NCBI GenBank assembly: GCA_000092065.1
Contig: CP000589.1
DNA: 64,000 nucleotides
Strand: one strand, 5' to 3'
DNA from: Ostreococcus lucimarinus
Lineage: Eukaryota
This document shows, in pieces, positions 45,582-55,758 of this stretch (position 1 is the first letter of the stretch; every line of letters starts with the position of its first letter). The notes beneath the pieces are model-generated. The model did no database searches and was not told the DNA's origin. It worked only from the letters and a program-made list of their open reading frames with translations. Made by a program: the position numbers and the translations under genes.

Positions 45582-46628
45582 ATGACGCGCGCGTCGATCT
45601 GTCGCGCGGTGCCCGCGCGCGCCGCGCGCGCGGCGCCGCGCGCGCGCGCGAACGCGCGACGTGCGGGACGCATCGCGACGACGACGCGCGCGGCGTCGAC
45701 GACGGACTTCCCGAGCTTCTTCCCGCCCGAAGTGCGCGAACTCGAGGAACCGGCGGCGATCGCGATGGCGCGGCGGTGCCGATCGGTGTCGGTGGACGTC
45801 CCGGGGCGGGCGAAGGCGGTGCTGACGTCGTGCGCGGGCGACGCGGGGCCGGCGGGGAGCGACGCGGCGCCGTTCGTGCTGCTGCACGGATTCGATTCGT
45901 CGTGTTTGGAGTACAGAAGGTTGTTTCCGAAGCTCGCGGCGAAGGCGGAGACGTGGGCGGTCGATTTGTTGGGCTGGGGGTTCACGGACGCGCAGGATGG
46001 AGGGATCGGGGATTACTCGCCCGAGGCGAAGCGAGCGCACTTGTACGCGTTTTGGAAGGCGAACGTCGGGCGGCCGATGGTGCTGTGCGGTGCCTCGCTC
46101 GGGGGAGCCGCGGCGATAGATTTCGCGACGAATCATCCGGAGGCGGTCGAGAAGCTCGTGTTGATCGACGCGCAAGGTTTCATCGAAGGTCTCGGGCCGA
46201 TGGGCGCGTTGCCGCGGCCGGTGGCGAAGATGGGCGTGAACATTTTGCGCACGACGGCTTTGCGCAACGCGGCGAATCAAATGGCGTATTACGACAAAGC
46301 GACGTTCGCTACCGATGATGCGCTTCGCGTCGGGCGCTTGCACACGTTTGCGCCGCAGTGGTGCGACGCGACTTTGTCGTTCATGCAATCCGGCGGGTTC
46401 AAGGTGAGAAACTCCATCGCGAAGGTGCCGATGGAGACGCTCGTGTTGTGGGGTCGTGAAGACAAAATCTTGGAGCCCAGCTATGCTGAAAAGTTCATGA
46501 AGGAGCTACCGAACGCACGATTGGTGTGGGTCGAAAAGTGCGGGCACGTCGCGCACTTGGAGCAACCCGAGTTCATGTGCCAGACGCTTTGGGATTTCGC
46601 GGGAAAGACGAGCGCGGCGACGGCGTAG
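45582..46628 (+). CDS. alpha/beta-fold hydrolase (MhpC/pheophytinase-like) with transit-peptide-like N-terminus
   Basis: The in-frame ATG is at 45582 (MTRASICRAVPARAARA). Motifs: FVLLHGFDSS (HG), LCGASLGGAAA (GxSxG), CGHVAHLEQP (catalytic His). The upstream part of the track ORF is antisense to the previous gene. Confidence 0.8.
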   Translation: MTRASICRAVPARAARAAPRARANARRAGRIATTTRAASTTDFPSFFPPEVRELEEPAAIAMARRCRSVSVDVPGRAKAVLTSCAGDAGPAGSDAAPFVLLHGFDSSCLEYRRLFPKLAAKAETWAVDLLGWGFTDAQDGGIGDYSPEAKRAHLYAFWKANVGRPMVLCGASLGGAAAIDFATNHPEAVEKLVLIDAQGFIEGLGPMGALPRPVAKMGVNILRTTALRNAANQMAYYDKATFATDDALRVGRLHTFAPQWCDATLSFMQSGGFKVRNSIAKVPMETLVLWGREDKILEPSYAEKFMKELPNARLVWVEKCGHVAHLEQPEFMCQTLWDFAGKTSAATA

Positions 46629-46716
46629 AACTGAAATTTCCATAAATTGCGTTGAAATATATATTGCATCAGATCGTTAGTGCATAAACGCTTTTCTTAT
46701 TCGAATTAAAGTCGAA

Positions 46717-47838
46717 TTAAACGACTTGCAACGGCATCGTCGTTTGCGGCTCGCCGACGAGGATAAAGCTCACGGTGTATACCGGAGCGGCGCCGATCGG
46801 CACTTGCAGCGCGCCTCCAAACATCGACATTCCGGGCATTGCGTACATTTTCCCCAGGAAAACGCCCGGGTAAATCGGTCGCAACTCATCGCGGAAGTAC
46901 GTAAAGTCGTGATTGAACGAGCTGTAATCGACGACGACAGCGTTCGTGCCCGGCTGAAAGTTGGAAGAACTGATTTCGGCTCGGCCCGGGTAGAGTTCGA
47001 TTGGCTCCGCCAGTCGTGGGAAGACGCTGTTCAGTAAGGTGCCGTAATTCAACTGAATCAGATTCCTTACTGACGCAGGATCGATTTGATCAAAGACTTT
47101 GCCGCGCCAGCTGTCGAAATTGAATGTTCTACGAACGCCGTACGCGCGGGCGATCGCTTCGTACGTCCCGGTACCGAGGATACACCCCTCGTAGCGACCT
47201 CGAGGAATTTCTGTGCCGGAAAAGTCCGCGGCTTGCCAGTACGCGTCGTCCATCGCCGTGTCGTCGAGATTCGCGCGCAAGAAATCAGAGCCACACACAT
47301 CGTTTTCGACAAATTTACTCACGTTCAACGGGTTGTATCCAAACTGGCCGTCGTCATCGACGTACGAATATAGATTTTGGGCAAAGGTTGAGTTCCAGCT
47401 CGTCGGCGCGAGCGCCGCTCTCGCGCTTTCATCTGACTGGCGCTCGACCGTGGCTGTCAAATTGAACCGCAAGAGCTCAGAAAAGAAAAAAGTCGTGGCG
47501 CGATTCACCACGCGCTCGACGAACGTCGTCGGCCCGAAGAGGGTGTTATCGGTCGCAAAGTCCAGAAAGTAATCTAGCACGGGCGTCGACGTTTCCTCGC
47601 CGCTTTGTCGCGCGAGAATCCAATCCAACACTGGCGTCGCAGTTTCCTCACCGCTTTGTCGCGCGAGAATCCAATCCAACACTGGTGTACCGTCGCCCTG
47701 AGATCCCAAGAGCTTTCGTCGAGCGATCGCGCTGGTGTACTCCGAATCCGACGTCCGGTCGTCGAGCGTCCTCGCGCTCGCCGCTGTCGCGCAGCCCAGC
47801 GCCGCCAAAACCAGCAGCGCCGTCCCCGCCTTCTTCAT
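46717..47838 (-). CDS. secreted hypothetical protein with internal 17-aa tandem repeat
   Basis: Signal peptide MKKAGTALLVLAALGCATAASA from ATG 47838 (alternative ATG at 47892; the track start is TTG). The repeat is TPVLDWILARQSGEET(A/S) x2. The C-terminal region is conserved-looking (FRDELRPIYPGVFLGKMY). Confidence 0.65.
   Translation of the reverse strand: MKKAGTALLVLAALGCATAASARTLDDRTSDSEYTSAIARRKLLGSQGDGTPVLDWILARQSGEETATPVLDWILARQSGEETSTPVLDYFLDFATDNTLFGPTTFVERVVNRATTFFFSELLRFNLTATVERQSDESARAALAPTSWNSTFAQNLYSYVDDDGQFGYNPLNVSKFVENDVCGSDFLRANLDDTAMDDAYWQAADFSGTEIPRGRYEGCILGTGTYEAIARAYGVRRTFNFDSWRGKVFDQIDPASVRNLIQLNYGTLLNSVFPRLAEPIELYPGRAEISSSNFQPGTNAVVVDYSSFNHDFTYFRDELRPIYPGVFLGKMYAMPGMSMFGGALQVPIGAAPVYTVSFILVGEPQTTMPLQVV
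47584..47685. repeat. 2 x 51-bp tandem repeat inside the secreted-protein CDS
   Basis: 47584-47634 versus 47635-47685 differ at about 3 positions. A degenerate third unit lies upstream (TPVLDYFLD). Confidence 0.85.
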
Positions 47839-48071
47839 CGCACATCGCGCGCCCTTCACGAACCGCACGTTCACGAAGAATTTTCGCGTCATTTTCCGTC
47901 GCGTTCGTCTCGCGTTCGTCGTGCGCGTCGCGTAATGCCGCCGCCTCGAAACGCTCAATGTGACGGTTAAAATCCATTCGCCTCGAAACGCGCGACTTCG
48001 CGCCTCGAAACCATCGACGGTGGCGTCGCGCGTCCGAGTCGACGCGCGGCGCGCGAGCGCATTCGCACTCC

Positions 48072-49103
48072 ATGTCCGCGTCGCCCGCGTCGCTCGTCGC
48101 TCTCGCGCGTCGCGTCGCGCAGTGGCGCGCCGTCGACGATGACGCGCGTGGCGGCGGCGTCGTCGCGCGCGCGAATCCCAAGGCGTCGCGCCGCGCGCGC
48201 CAGCGGAGAGAACCGAACGAAAGCCACCCCAAACGCAAGTACACGATCGAGGAGCGTTTGAAGCACAAGGGCGTGGACGTCGAGCGGGCGCGGATGGGCG
48301 GCGCGCGGGACCGGGACGACGCCGGCGGCGGGGCGGCGTCGAGCGCGGCGGTTTCGACGAGTGGAGACGTCCCGAAGGGCGAAGACGTGTGCGAACGCGT
48401 GGCGGAGTTGGCGTTCAGGCAAGACGCCGAGGGGTGGCCGGCGCAAAAGACGGAGGCGTGGGCGTTCGCGCGGGCGAGCGCGTTGACGGCGAGCGACGTC
48501 GGGCGAGTGTTGAGCGGCGACGGCGCGAAAGTCTTGATGCGCAAACAGCGCACGCGAGCCGCGGAGCAGGCGTTAGAGCGCGACCGTGCGACTTCGGCTT
48601 TGGTGCGAGAGGTAACAGAGGCGCCGGTGGCGACGGGGTCGTCGAAAAAGGAAAGGAAAGGGAAGGGCGGAGGTACGTCTCCCGCGATTCGACACGGTAA
48701 CGAATTTGAATCCGAAGCCTTGGCGCACTACGAAGCCGTATTGGGGACAAAGTGCCTGGAATTCGGACTCAAAATACATGACGTGCACTACTGGCTCGGC
48801 GCTTCGCCCGATGGCGTGCATCCCAGCGGTCGCATCGTCGAGATAAAATGTCCGTACTCTCGACCAATCATCGCGCGTCGGCGCGCGATGGAGCACTATG
48901 CCCAAATTCAAACCTTGTTGGAAGTCTTCGACCTCGATTATTGCGACTTTGTGCAGTACAAGCCCGCGGGACGCGGCAAAGGCCGTTCGGGCGACCCTGA
49001 CGCTCCGGAATTCCTCTGCGAAACCATCGCTCGAGACGCCGAGTGGTGGTCGACGCACTTCGACGAGCTCCAAACTTTCGCCGCGAGCCTTCCTTCGCCC
49101 TAG
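48072..49103 (+). CDS. YqaJ-type (lambda-exonuclease-fold, PD-(D/E)XK) nuclease-domain protein
   Basis: ATG at 48072. Motifs: RASALTASDVGRVLS, IRHGNEFESEALAHYE, WLGASPDGVHPSGRIVEIKCPYS, YAQIQTLLEVFDLDYCDFVQY. Confidence 0.7.
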   Translation: MSASPASLVALARRVAQWRAVDDDARGGGVVARANPKASRRARQRREPNESHPKRKYTIEERLKHKGVDVERARMGGARDRDDAGGGAASSAAVSTSGDVPKGEDVCERVAELAFRQDAEGWPAQKTEAWAFARASALTASDVGRVLSGDGAKVLMRKQRTRAAEQALERDRATSALVREVTEAPVATGSSKKERKGKGGGTSPAIRHGNEFESEALAHYEAVLGTKCLEFGLKIHDVHYWLGASPDGVHPSGRIVEIKCPYSRPIIARRRAMEHYAQIQTLLEVFDLDYCDFVQYKPAGRGKGRSGDPDAPEFLCETIARDAEWWSTHFDELQTFAASLPSP

Positions 49104-49302
49104 CGCGCTGTGCACGCATGTAAACATTTATTGGTTTCTCGCCGCACTCCGGACGTCGAGCGCGCTCGTCGACGCGCGCGCATTCATCCGCGCGTCGTCG
49201 CGCGCGCAAAAATTTGAAATTTCCCACAGCTCGAGCCGTCCCGTCGTGCCCATCGCGCCGTCGCCAAACCGCGCCTCGCGCCCGGGGCGTCATCCGCTCG
49301 CC

Positions 49303-52300
49303 ATGGATTGGGCGTGTCTAAACGACGCCTCGCAACCCCCCGACGACGTCGAACGCCTCGCGCGTCGCACGGCGGAGGCGGAAGAGTCGCGATTGATTTC
49401 CTCGTACGAACACGCCGTGCGGAGAGCCGCGTCCGGAAACGCGCACGAAGCGATCGAGAGCCTGCGCGCGGTGCTCGCGCACGCGCTGACGAATCGCGAG
49501 GACGTCTCCGCGCGATTGCTCCGGGTGAAGTTTCTGTCGCTGAAAAATCTCGGGCGATTGCTGGATGAACGCGGGACGGCGGCGAGCGAAGACGACGAGG
49601 CGGCGCGAACGGATCGAGAGGAGGCGGTGCGGTGCTACGCGAGCGCGGTAGAGATAGACGACACGGATGCGTTGGTGTGGGGAAGATTGGGACGCGCGGC
49701 GGTGGCGGTGGGCTCGATGGCGGTGGCGAGGATGGCTTACGAGAGAGCGGTGAGCGCGAGCCCGCGGAATCAGCTGTTTTTGGAAGACTTGAGCGAAGTG
49801 TGCCTGAGCGCGGGGGATTTTGAAACAGCCAAGGCGTTGGCCGGGGCGGTGATGGAGATTGACCCTGGAAATGCGCGCGCGCGAGCGATGAAACGCGCGC
49901 CGGAGGCGCTGGAACCGACTCGGGCGATGAAGGTGGCGAGAGAAAGAGCGGCGTCGGCGGCGTCGACGAGGGATGAGGGAGAAATCGCGATTCGGTTGAG
50001 CGCGGACATGGACAAGAATTGGGGGGTGATAACCGCATTATTAGCGCGCCTCGGTGGTGCTCCGACTCCGGAATCGATCACGAGGAGCGGCAAAGCGAAG
50101 GATGCCGCTGAGCCCGAGACGCCCGCTGAGGCGGAGAATGCCGACGCACCGGCTACACCGACGCAGTCAAAAGAGGTGGACGTGGTGCCAGGATCGGCAA
50201 CGGCAGACGACGAGGATGTTTCGGAAGATGATGTGATTTCTTCTTCATTCGCAAAGTATATGCGCCACGTGCGAGACGTCCACATCCCGAGAGATGTGAT
50301 AGGGAGAAAGGTTCGATTCGTGTTTGATTCGCCGTCTTCGATGCCGATGGAATTAGGAACGACTGATGTCGTCGATCTGACGGACAAAGACGTTTTGACA
50401 CAACCATCTGTGGACACGCCATCTACATCCCAGCCGGTGAGCGAAGTGAGTGCAAGCCAAGCCAACAAAACGCCCTCCAAGGCGGCTGCAAAGGCCAAGG
50501 CGGCTGCAAAGGCGCAGAAAGATGTCGCTACAATTCGGAAATCGCGACGTCAACTGGAATTAGACGAGAAAAAAGCGCTCGAAGACGAAAAGATGCGCAT
50601 TATCGCCGAACAGGAAGCCATTCAAAAAGCGCTAGAAAAGGAGGAGAAGAGAAAAGCTGCCGAGGCAAAGGAATGGAAACCGGAATCGAACATCTCTCGC
50701 GCTCTGTTGAATTTGATAGGCGCTGAAGACCCAGTCGTGTCAGCGGTAAAAAAAGCAACTACCGACGTCGCGGGTGCCAGAGATCGTGCGAATACCATCA
50801 AAAAGCAACATCAGAGAGAATTGAAGGAGGCAGCTGCGAAGAGGGCGAAAGAGGAGCGTGAAATGAAGACGCATAAGCGAGTTTCTTCATTCGTTAACGC
50901 CATTGACGATGTGCATGCAGGCGCCGCGCACATCGCTTGGCGATTCTTATCTACAACAGCTGCTCGCTGGCGACCGGACACTGAAGATGATTGCTCGCCA
51001 CCTCCTTGGTCGATCATTTACCTGTATCACATCTTTGGCGTTGGACAGGGAGACGAGCTCGCGCCCGTGGCGCGAATATTGTTGTGCATCGCTGACACCG
51101 CAATTCTTGCGGCGCGCGAATGTGCGCTTGGACATCCGGGGCGCACGTACTTCAGAAACATGGCAGTCGGGTTGTTAGACGAGGTATCTTTAGTGATGAA
51201 CCGTGATCCGAAACAAGACTTTCACGCAGAGAGCCTGTTCTTACGTCATAAGCTTGTGGATCTAGATGGCGAAGATCGAAGTGTGAGCATGTTCTACCTT
51301 GAACGGGCGCAAGAAGTTGCTCCGGATGATGCAGATCTCCCGCCGGCACCTGCCTCAATCGAAGATGCCGCACCCGCACGTTTCAGTAAGCAGTCATTAC
51401 GTGCCGCGATGGACGCAATGAAGGTGAAGGAAGTTGTCATTGGCGCCGCGGCGAGATTTGCCAAGGGGCAGACTACCGAAGTAGTATCAACGTTGACACC
51501 TCTACTCTTACCCGATGAAGATCAGGAAGAATCGACCGATAATTTGGACGCGCTTTGCTTGACGCAATCAGAAAAGCAAAATGCACTTAAGGTGCTCGCG
51601 GCGGCGGCGAAAAGGCAAGGTCCATCGTGTGTCGTTATTCAGATAAAAGCTCTCAAGATGGCTTACGACTTGGACGTAACGAAACATCACTCGATGCTGA
51701 GACTCATCGCTGAGGCACTGGAATCCACCGACCGCGCACACACAAAGCAAGCGCTCGAAGTCGTTGAATCTATGGGATTAGCGGCGATCGCGGCGTCGCT
51801 GTTTGAGGCGCATTACACCGAGTTCGCGATGGCACCTGGAGTGAAGAAGAAAAACAAAGCTTCGCGTTATGCTGCCGCAAGCTTGGAGGCTTCAGCACTA
51901 CTAATCTCCGCTATCCAGCGAGCTTCAAAGCCAAAAGATTTGGAACTCATTGAGTTGCATGAGAAACTTCATGATCGCCTCGCGGACTGTCGATGCTGTT
52001 GCGGCGACTATCGGAAAGGAGTGTTTCTGAAGTCGTCTCTTGTCCAGTTGGCCAAATGCAGAAATCGTATTACAAAGGCGCGAGATCAACGACACGCTAC
52101 TGAACCCACAAAAAAGCGGACAACGAAAGTCACCATCGAAAACCGTAGCAAGGACACTTCCGATAAGGTGAAAAGGAAAAAGAAGGTGGATGCGGATGAT
52201 GAGGGTGAATTCCGCCGACGTGTGCGTCGTCAGCGTAGCAGCATCAGTAGCATCGAAGACGACGATAGAACACCGCAAGACAAGGCTGATCGTAAACTTC

Positions 52301-55300
52301 TAGATCGGTTGGATAAACTCATAATCCAGCTGTGTCACTGCGTGTATGGATTTACATTGGATCAGCCCACTCGGAATTGCCGAGAAGAATATGGCGCATG
52401 TACGACCACACTTCATATTTCGAACGAAATGGAAGCCGCCAACCTTTGGTTGGCCATTCAACCTTACGCCATGGTGAACAAGGAAAGTATTCCCAGCGCC
52501 GTCATTGAGGAGATCCGCAAGAAAATATCCGATCCACCGAAGACCGAGCAAGCTACACTTATCGAGAAGTACTTGTCCACAGGCTCAGACGACCTTGCGT
52601 GCTCGTCTATCGCAAACTTTGGAGAGATAACCGAGCAAGATCGACAGCTCGCTCGAGAGCTAATCAGCACGCCGACCGCAGATGAAGTCATCGTTGCTCG
52701 ACAAGGAGGCTCGACTCCGAAGAACGGCCCCAGCGCGCCGCCGACTCCGGTTGTCACTACAGACGTCATGCATTATCTCACGAGTACTCCAACTACAGAC
52801 CGTGCGCTTCGCACCGTTCAATCCGATGAGAAAATTTCGTTGTTTGCGAGCTTTTACAAAACTTTCTTGCAATTTTGTGCAGACATGGACGTTGTTGCGC
52901 TCGAAACATTGCTCGAGGACGAACAAACAGATTATGATCAACTTCATGCGTTGCTTGGAAGTGTTGCATCGTCGACTCCCACGGCGCAGCAATCTGCTGT
53001 GGCGGCCAAGAGCGAGGAGGTGACGAAGCTGTACAAGTTTGACGTCGAGTACAATCCCACGCGCCCGCAAAGTTGGATCGCGCTGGCCGATCACCTGGAT
53101 AACATCAAAGATATCGTTCTTAACGATGCCGCCAAAATCTTGGCAGTCGGCACCTTCCGCGCGTCTCCAATGTTGACAATGCTTCAGTCGACGCAGCTGG
53201 CGATTCGACGGGCGTTGATTGCGGCGGAAGAGGCTTTAACAATGACTCATTATCCTGGACACCCGGAGACGGAGTGGGTGCGGTCACAAATTTACGAGCG
53301 CCTCGGCCAAACTGCGTACGAGCTCGTACAGGATGCTCCACCAATATACGACTCTCGCAAGTTTGCTTTGGTCAAAACTACTCCTACGTACGCATCCACG
53401 CTTGCGTTGTGCAAACAAGCGTTCACGAAAGCTTCCGAAGCTTATCCCGACAATTGGATATACCCCCACTACCTGGCGAAGATCGCGAAAAAAGATGGCC
53501 AACCTTTATCACACGTTCTCGAAACCCACGCACAGGCGCTCGCGATAAAGCCGGGCTGTTTGGAAGCAATCTATCAAGTGACGAATATTCGTTTGCACAT
53601 GCTCTTGTCCATCGAGGTTAGCGGAAGAAAGAAGATGACTCCAGAGTCACAAGCAATCACGCTTTGCGTACTCAAGCAACCGTTTAACCCAGGAGACATG
53701 CAAAATAGTTGGATCGGTGCATATCGAGATTGCATCGTAGCGTTGCTCTTCATCAACAAGAATTATCCCAAGTTCCACAAGGCGAGCTATCGTCTTGCGT
53801 GGGCTCGCTTGAAAAAGTCTCCGGGAGAACTCGGGCACTGTCAAAAAGCTTTGGAGTACCTGAACCCTCTATTCAAAAGTCCTCGGACTGGAACGTTCAA
53901 GATTTTCATGACTGAAATCGATGACACAAATTTGGGCATCAAGACTCCCGTGGAGACGGTCGACGGAAATATTGCGTATGAGTGCGGTATCAGCGAATCT
54001 CGACGACGCTTCATAGCGAACGTTCGCCGTACGCTTCGCTTGTACTTGACGTTGCTTTACACAAACGAGGACATGGGTACACTTGCGGCGGTAGTTTCTT
54101 ACATCACGGACTATTCCAAAACCGCCACGAAAACGCGTCTGCCAATCATCGCGAACTCACAAGACGTGCGCTTCTTTGCTTTCGGACTTTTGTTGCGAGC
54201 CCTTGCGGCAAGGCTCTCGGTTGTGGGTCGAAGAATTCAAGAATCATTGCAGAAAGAACAAGCGTCCATGCTCGCTGGAAAAGAAGGCGCGAATACAGAA
54301 GCGGGTACGCCACAAGCGGCGTCGGTCGCATCGACCAAACTAGATGTGTACCTCGAACAAGCGTACAATGTTTGGTTTGACTTCGCGGTTCCCGCTCGAG
54401 GAAATATGTTGTCTTGGGAGCAAAATGTCGACGAGGCTTTCACACAACTTGAAGTCGAGGAAAGCCGCACCGACGAAGGCCCTGATCTCGTCAAGGAACC
54501 TTACAAGACGGCGTTCAGTAGCGCGAGCAAGTTCACGAAGTCATCACCAGAGATGAATTTCGAACAGTACGCTCTCGAGTGCATAACCGACTTGGAAGCC
54601 AAATCTGACTTGAATACGCTCGCCGCACGGCTATCCCTCTGTCAAAAACGTTTCAGGGAAATCGAACCTGAAGCCGACGCGCAAGTGAAAGAATCAGGCA
54701 TGAATCGTTTGAAGATTCTTGGTAACGCGTTGAAGGATGCGTTCATCAGATGCTCTGCGCCGACGATTGAACTCTTGGCAAAAGGGGAAATCAAGTTATG
54801 CCCGGGTGGTTTAGAAAACGTCGAAGAAGAGACCTCGAAGAAGGACAACGATGCTGTCGTCGACGAAGCGAAAGAAGGTACCGAGGCTGTGAATTCGCCG
54901 CAAAAGTCTACGCCAACCAACTTCACCGAAATCGTCCTCGTCACTGCGCGGCGTCTTCATGTGGTAACGAAGACAGAATCTACGGCACGACTGTACGAGT
55001 TCGCTGTCCAACGACGCAATTCATTGCAAGCTCTGATCGATGCGATTGATTCTGGTAGCACACCAACGGACATGGAAGACCCGAGCGTGCCTGTCGTCGC
55101 TAAACTTCACGCGGAAGTCACCAAGCTAACGGCAAAAATTGCCGAGCTGAAAACAAAGCACAGCAATTTGGTCGAAAGCGCGCTCGTCGCCGAAGGCCAG
55201 ACGACCGATCCAGAACAACTAAAGCTCGTCAAGGAAACGTACGAGGAGCTCACCACTACGATTGTTCGATGTGAGAAACTCAAGGCGGATCACGCCTGTG

Positions 55301-55571
55301 AAGTGGTCAATTACCGCAAAGAGACGAGCCAGCTCGCGGATGAAATGGGCAAGCGCGACATTGGCAACGCTGATTCGACAGAATACATCCTGCGCGTGAT
55401 GAGCGCCGTGCTCCAACGTGAAGTGACCGATATCGATGAAGCCGAACGCGAAGCCGAAATCGCCATCGGAGAGCTGAGAAGGTTGCGTTCGGACGTCGCG
55501 AAAACGAAACGCGCGAAAGTCAGTCGCGGTCGCTCAAAAAAATCCGCGGCGACAAACGCGACGGAAGCCGT

Positions 55572-55609
<38 letters not shown>

Positions 55610-55716
55610 TCGAACCTCGCCAAGAGCTCGAGCCCCCTCGGCCCGAGCCCGAGCCCACCTCTGACGTCACCATGCTCGTCGCCGACGCCGTCGCCGACGC
55701 CGTAGCCGACGTCTGA
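49303..55716 (+). CDS. giant TPR protein, CABIN1/HIR3-like (HIRA histone-chaperone complex subunit)
   Basis: The in-frame ATG is at 49303 (MDWACLNDAS); the track start 48898 overlaps the previous gene. N-terminal TPRs: YEHAVRRAASGNAHEAIESLRAVLAH..LLRVKFLSLKNLGRLL..AVRCYASAVEIDDTDALVWGRLGRAAV. About 2137 aa with a C-terminal (AD)n tract. Confidence 0.65.
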
Positions 55717-55758
55717 GGTCCCCGTTGTAAAAACATCCCCACTCGCCCACTCGGGCGC

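Noticed and set aside
434-55716. Apparent concentration of chromatin genes (SAP30-like, Eaf6, MYST HAT, CABIN1/HIR3-like, GCFC) as a possible functional cluster.
   Set aside because: The genes are interspersed with unrelated housekeeping genes on both strands and each has its own spacer. Eukaryotic picoalgal genomes are so dense that 45 genes will include several chromatin factors by chance. There is no evidence of co-regulation in the sequence.
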